Shown here: positions 60,950 to 64,000 of the stretch, piece after piece
Layout of the letters: every line of letters starts with the position of its first letter
Position numbering within the stretch: position 1 is the first letter of the stretch
Sequence record: OK040907
Reading direction: 5' to 3' (one strand)
Length of the DNA stretch: 64,000 nt
From: Enterobacteria phage Ac3
Notes under the pieces: generated by a model
Told to the model about the DNA's origin: nothing
Databases searched by the model: none
The model's input: only the letters and a program-made list of their open reading frames with translations
Made by a program: the position numbers and the translations under genes

Positions 60950-61165
60950 TTAATCGTCGCAGTCGACGCTCAATTCCCAAAACTCTTCTACAGTATAAGT
61001 TTCAGTATCATTTTCAATACAGAAACGTTCATTACTATTATTTTCTAAAGTAGCATTAACTGTCGGTTTCTCGCTAGTGCTCTTAAGAGGTGAAATACGA
61101 ATTAACTGATCACCGTTATCTAAACAGAAAATTTCACCAACTTTTACATCTTTAAAACTTTTCAT
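60950..61165 (-). CDS. hypothetical protein (ndd.x-like)
   Basis: 71-aa ORF. Confidence 0.5.
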   Translation of the reverse strand: MKSFKDVKVGEIFCLDNGDQLIRISPLKSTSEKPTVNATLENNSNERFCIENDTETYTVEEFWELSVDCDD

Positions 61166-61280
61166 AATTCACCTCAAGGAGTATAAAATCCAAATGCAGT
61201 TGTTGACCATCCCATCCAATATGGAAAATTTGCACCAATGTAAAACATAAGAATATAAAACCAAATGTTTAGTAAATTCA

Positions 61281-61499
61281 TTATTTTACACCATTCCAAA
61301 TTGTTTCAACCACAGATTTTAAACCATTTTGATGAATATCAATTCCGACTACTGTCATCAAATAGATTCCAACTACAACTGAACCCAAGGCAAAAATCAG
61401 CATGAAAATGAATAAAGCCGGAAAAATATTATCGAAAAACCATTCAATAAATGTAAAAGCACTGCGTTTACGCTTCATATTTTCCTCACATAAATCCAA
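61281..61499 (-). CDS. small membrane protein
   Basis: 72-aa ORF with hydrophobic segment ALFIFMLIFALGSVVVGIYLMTVVGI (start may be the internal ATG near 61478). Confidence 0.45.
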   Translation of the reverse strand: MDLCEENMKRKRSAFTFIEWFFDNIFPALFIFMLIFALGSVVVGIYLMTVVGIDIHQNGLKSVVETIWNGVK

Positions 61500-61599
61500 A
61501 GTAAACGTTTAATACATCAATCATTAAAACGATTGGGAATATACTCAAAACTATTAGTATTATAACTACATTCCATATAGCTTTAACAATCTTTTTCAT
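61486..61599 (-). CDS. small membrane protein (37 aa)
   Basis: ORF track 61486..61734 begins inside the early promoter; start moved to MKKIVKAIW after GGAGG. Confidence 0.4.
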   Translation of the reverse strand: MKKIVKAIWNVVIILIVLSIFPIVLMIDVLNVYFGFM

Positions 61600-61627
61600 T
61601 TTCTGTTCCTCCGTAGTTGATAGGGTA

Positions 61628-61657
61628 ATAGTACCACGGAAGAACAGTCTTGTAAAC
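61628..61657 (-). promoter_or_regulatory. T4-type early promoter (GTTTAC, 18-nt spacer, TACTAT)
   Basis: minus strand GTTTACaagactgttcttccgtggTACTATTaccctatcaact. Confidence 0.6.
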
Positions 61658-61842
61658 AACTTTTTTAAAAATATTCGTAATAAATGTGAATACCAACTAC
61701 TACCGCTGAAACTTGCACAACCCACCACGCACAAGCAATAAGTACAGAATTCAAAATTTTCATAATAACCTCATTACAAAAGTAAATGTTAAACAAATTA
61801 CTGGAATACTAATTAACCAAACAAAACACCACCATAATGAAC

Positions 61843-62106
61843 TCACAGCTCAATTTCAGCGATTTTCATTTCATTGCTGTTGATTGCTTCCTTCAGAGAA
61901 TCGGACAGAATGACGTTCCAATGATCGTTCATATGACCGTTCACCAGACGGGTGATTTCCTCCGGGGTGGAGAAGTACGGCTGATCAGATTCCCAGTGAG
62001 ACAGACCCAGACGGGTATAGATCATACCTTCGTCATCAGAGGAGTATTCTACGCTGACGAATTCATCAGTGATTTTGTGTTTTGCATAGTAGAATTTAAA
62101 CTTCAT
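61843..62106 (-). CDS. small GC-rich early protein
   Basis: ORF track 61843..62205; start moved to MKFKFYYAKHK (87 aa) downstream of an early promoter; CGT/CTG/CCG codons. Confidence 0.55.
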   Translation of the reverse strand: MKFKFYYAKHKITDEFVSVEYSSDDEGMIYTRLGLSHWESDQPYFSTPEEITRLVNGHMNDHWNVILSDSLKEAINSNEMKIAEIEL

Positions 62107-62140
62107 TTTACTCTCCAAATCCGTATCAGTTGATAGTTGT

Positions 62141-62170
62141 ATAGTACCACGGTCCTTGTGGTATGTAAAC
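62141..62170 (-). promoter_or_regulatory. T4-type early promoter (GTTTAC, 18-nt spacer, TACTAT)
   Basis: minus strand GTTTACataccacaaggaccgtggTACTATAcaactatcaact. Confidence 0.65.
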
Positions 62171-62186
62171 TGTTTTGTGAAATTTT

Positions 62187-62744
62187 TTAAATGGAAAGAT
62201 ACCATCCGTTGTAGTTGCTTTTTCTTACAACCTTACGAAGGTCTTCTCTGTCACCGATGAACTTCGGAGTGTACTGGATGACACCTGGATGAATTTCTTT
62301 AGTGTTGAATATAATTATACAGTCAGCGACTTGATGATTTAGAATGGGCCCTAGATTTATTCCAGAACCATATGGATACTCTCCGCTGCATCCTGTTGTT
62401 ACCGAAATCCAACGTGAGTCAGTTTGATGTGTCTTAACTTCTACACGAAGCCCGCAGTATTTTGGATGCGCCAATACATCCCATGCATATGTGTACGGAT
62501 CATCGACATCTTCTTGGCCTTTATTGACATATCCGCTTAGCCAATCTGCCACAAAAAACTCTGCGTACACAGCAATACGACATCTTTCGATAACTTCTGC
62601 CTTATCCTGATTTGGGTTCTGTTTTAAAGAGTATCTTGCAGTATCAGCAATTTTGACCTTCATTTCATTGGTTAAATCGCTGTTCGATAGAGTAAATGTC
62701 GGAATCTGAAATAGTCTCTGTAACCCAGGATTCGTTTTCTGCAT
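62187..62744 (-). CDS. denB: endonuclease IV
   Basis: 185-aa ORF (T4 DenB length) in the denB position between ndd cluster and rIIB. Confidence 0.65.
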   Translation of the reverse strand: MQKTNPGLQRLFQIPTFTLSNSDLTNEMKVKIADTARYSLKQNPNQDKAEVIERCRIAVYAEFFVADWLSGYVNKGQEDVDDPYTYAWDVLAHPKYCGLRVEVKTHQTDSRWISVTTGCSGEYPYGSGINLGPILNHQVADCIIIFNTKEIHPGVIQYTPKFIGDREDLRKVVRKSNYNGWYLSI

Positions 62745-62827
62745 TTAAACTTTCCTTTATGTCGGAATCACTGATATTCATATAAATCATAATTTCTCTT
62801 AAAACAAAAGGGCCGAAGCCCCTTATT

Positions 62828-63022
62828 TTATTTGAATTGTGCAATTCTTTTCTCTAAACATTCAGCATAAGATTTCATTGAGATAAACTGCGAAAGTAGC
62901 AGTTCTTGCTCAACTGCGCTAACTGTTAGAAACTTTGCGCTTTCTAAAAATTTACTCAGTGCATTAATTTTGAGCATTAATTGATCGTATTCTTCTTTTA
63001 CTCGTGCTTGATAACCTAACAT
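62828..63022 (-). CDS. hypothetical protein downstream of rIIB
   Basis: 64-aa ORF flanked by GGGCC-GAAG-CCC hairpins. Confidence 0.5.
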   Translation of the reverse strand: MLGYQARVKEEYDQLMLKINALSKFLESAKFLTVSAVEQELLLSQFISMKSYAECLEKRIAQFK

Positions 63023-63050
63023 AATTTTCCTTAGTTAAGGGCCGAAGCCC

Positions 63051-63989
63051 TTATTTAAATTGTTCAGTAACGTCTTCAACTACTTCGTATTGGCAGGTAC
63101 GCATTTTAGCATCATTGTAATCAATCGGAATTGATACTACATCACGTGGATGTACTTTAACTTTTACAACTCGGCTGGTTGAACCACCGAAGTGACGAAT
63201 ATAAGATTTAGAACACACATGCAGACCACGAGAACAAGTTTGTGTATCATCGTCATTCACACGAGTACGTGGCATTTTAACTACTTTACCAGGACTGTTA
63301 TCAAAGGTGTTTGAGTGACAGTCAAAGTAATTGCTGCGAACTACTTTCCAAGCATAGAAGTAACCATCTTCTGTAATTTCAATATCGTTTGCTACCAAGA
63401 AATCAAAAAGTCGAGATACCGCTTTCTGGCTTGGGTTTTCCAGCAGATTTTCCAAGAACGGAAAATAAAATTCAAAGTTTTCGCCTTTTTCCATCGAATC
63501 AAGAATACGATCAACCAAACCAGACCGCAATTCAATATTTTGATAGAATAAGCTTCCACCTTCAATTCGAACATCGCCGGAAATATATTTTTCAACAGCG
63601 CGACGAACATTAATTTTTTGTGCCGCTTCTTCCAGCTTATCCGCTACAAGCAGATTGAGAATTTCCTGGAAGTTTGAATGAGTATTAGGTGTTGCATTAT
63701 AAGTTACACCATCGACAGTAATCGAAATGAATTTTTTAGATGCATTCCAAATAATGTCAGATTTAGTAACTGGAGCAATAACTGCATCGCTATTAACTTT
63801 AACTGTAATATCACCGCTAATAGTAACTTTAGAGCGTTTAGCTTCTTCAGCATTTTTCAAAACACGACGGATTGTATCAACCGATACACCTTGCCAATCA
63901 GCCAATTCCTGCTGAGTATAATTACCGCTTGAATACAGTTTAACAATTTCAGCTTGTTCGTTTTTGGTCAGGCATTTAATATTGTACAT
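63051..63989 (-). CDS. rIIB: rapid lysis / lysis inhibition protein rIIB
   Basis: 312-aa ORF (T4 rIIB length); N-terminus MYNIKCLTKNEQAEIVKLYSSGNYTQQELADWQGVSVDTIRRVLKN. Confidence 0.92.
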   Translation of the reverse strand: MYNIKCLTKNEQAEIVKLYSSGNYTQQELADWQGVSVDTIRRVLKNAEEAKRSKVTISGDITVKVNSDAVIAPVTKSDIIWNASKKFISITVDGVTYNATPNTHSNFQEILNLLVADKLEEAAQKINVRRAVEKYISGDVRIEGGSLFYQNIELRSGLVDRILDSMEKGENFEFYFPFLENLLENPSQKAVSRLFDFLVANDIEITEDGYFYAWKVVRSNYFDCHSNTFDNSPGKVVKMPRTRVNDDDTQTCSRGLHVCSKSYIRHFGGSTSRVVKVKVHPRDVVSIPIDYNDAKMRTCQYEVVEDVTEQFK

Positions 63990-64000
63990 AATTTTCCTTA

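Overview
This 64-kb window is a contiguous segment of a T-even (T4-like, Tequatrovirus) coliphage genome, running from the major capsid gene 23 to rIIB in the same order as T4. Identification rests on recognised protein N-termini and motifs, exact or near-exact T4 protein lengths, T4-type late (TATAAATA) and early (GTTTAC + 18 nt + TAnTAT) promoters, and GGGCC-tetraloop-GGCCC hairpins. Plus-strand genes are late structural ones (23, 24, uvsW, 51, 27, 28, 29, 48, 54, tail-fibre genes 34-38, holin t). Minus-strand genes are mostly early and middle: rnlB, hoc, inh, uvsY, 25, 26, two tandem alt-like ADP-ribosyltransferases, DNA ligase 30, rIII, 31, cd, pseT, alc, rnlA, denA, nrdB, nrdA, td, frd, 32, 59, 33, dsbA, rnh, asiA, arn, motA, 52, stp, ndd, denB, rIIB, plus many small ORFs. 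Unlike T4 as I recall it, td and nrdB are uninterrupted, an extra ORF sits between frd and td, and the fibre tip is T2-type (gp37 with a C-terminal chaperone-like domain plus a glycine-rich gp38 adhesin). No tRNA, rRNA, CRISPR array or IS element was seen. Most worth a second look: a roughly 50-codon stretch of gene 37 that is coding-like only in the -1 frame; G+C-rich small early ORFs with host-like codon usage, one of which abuts an ATG-less open frame; an exact 54-bp promoter/leader duplicate; and a tandem alt pair. All coordinates were derived by hand and may be off by a few nucleotides; no database search or computation was run.
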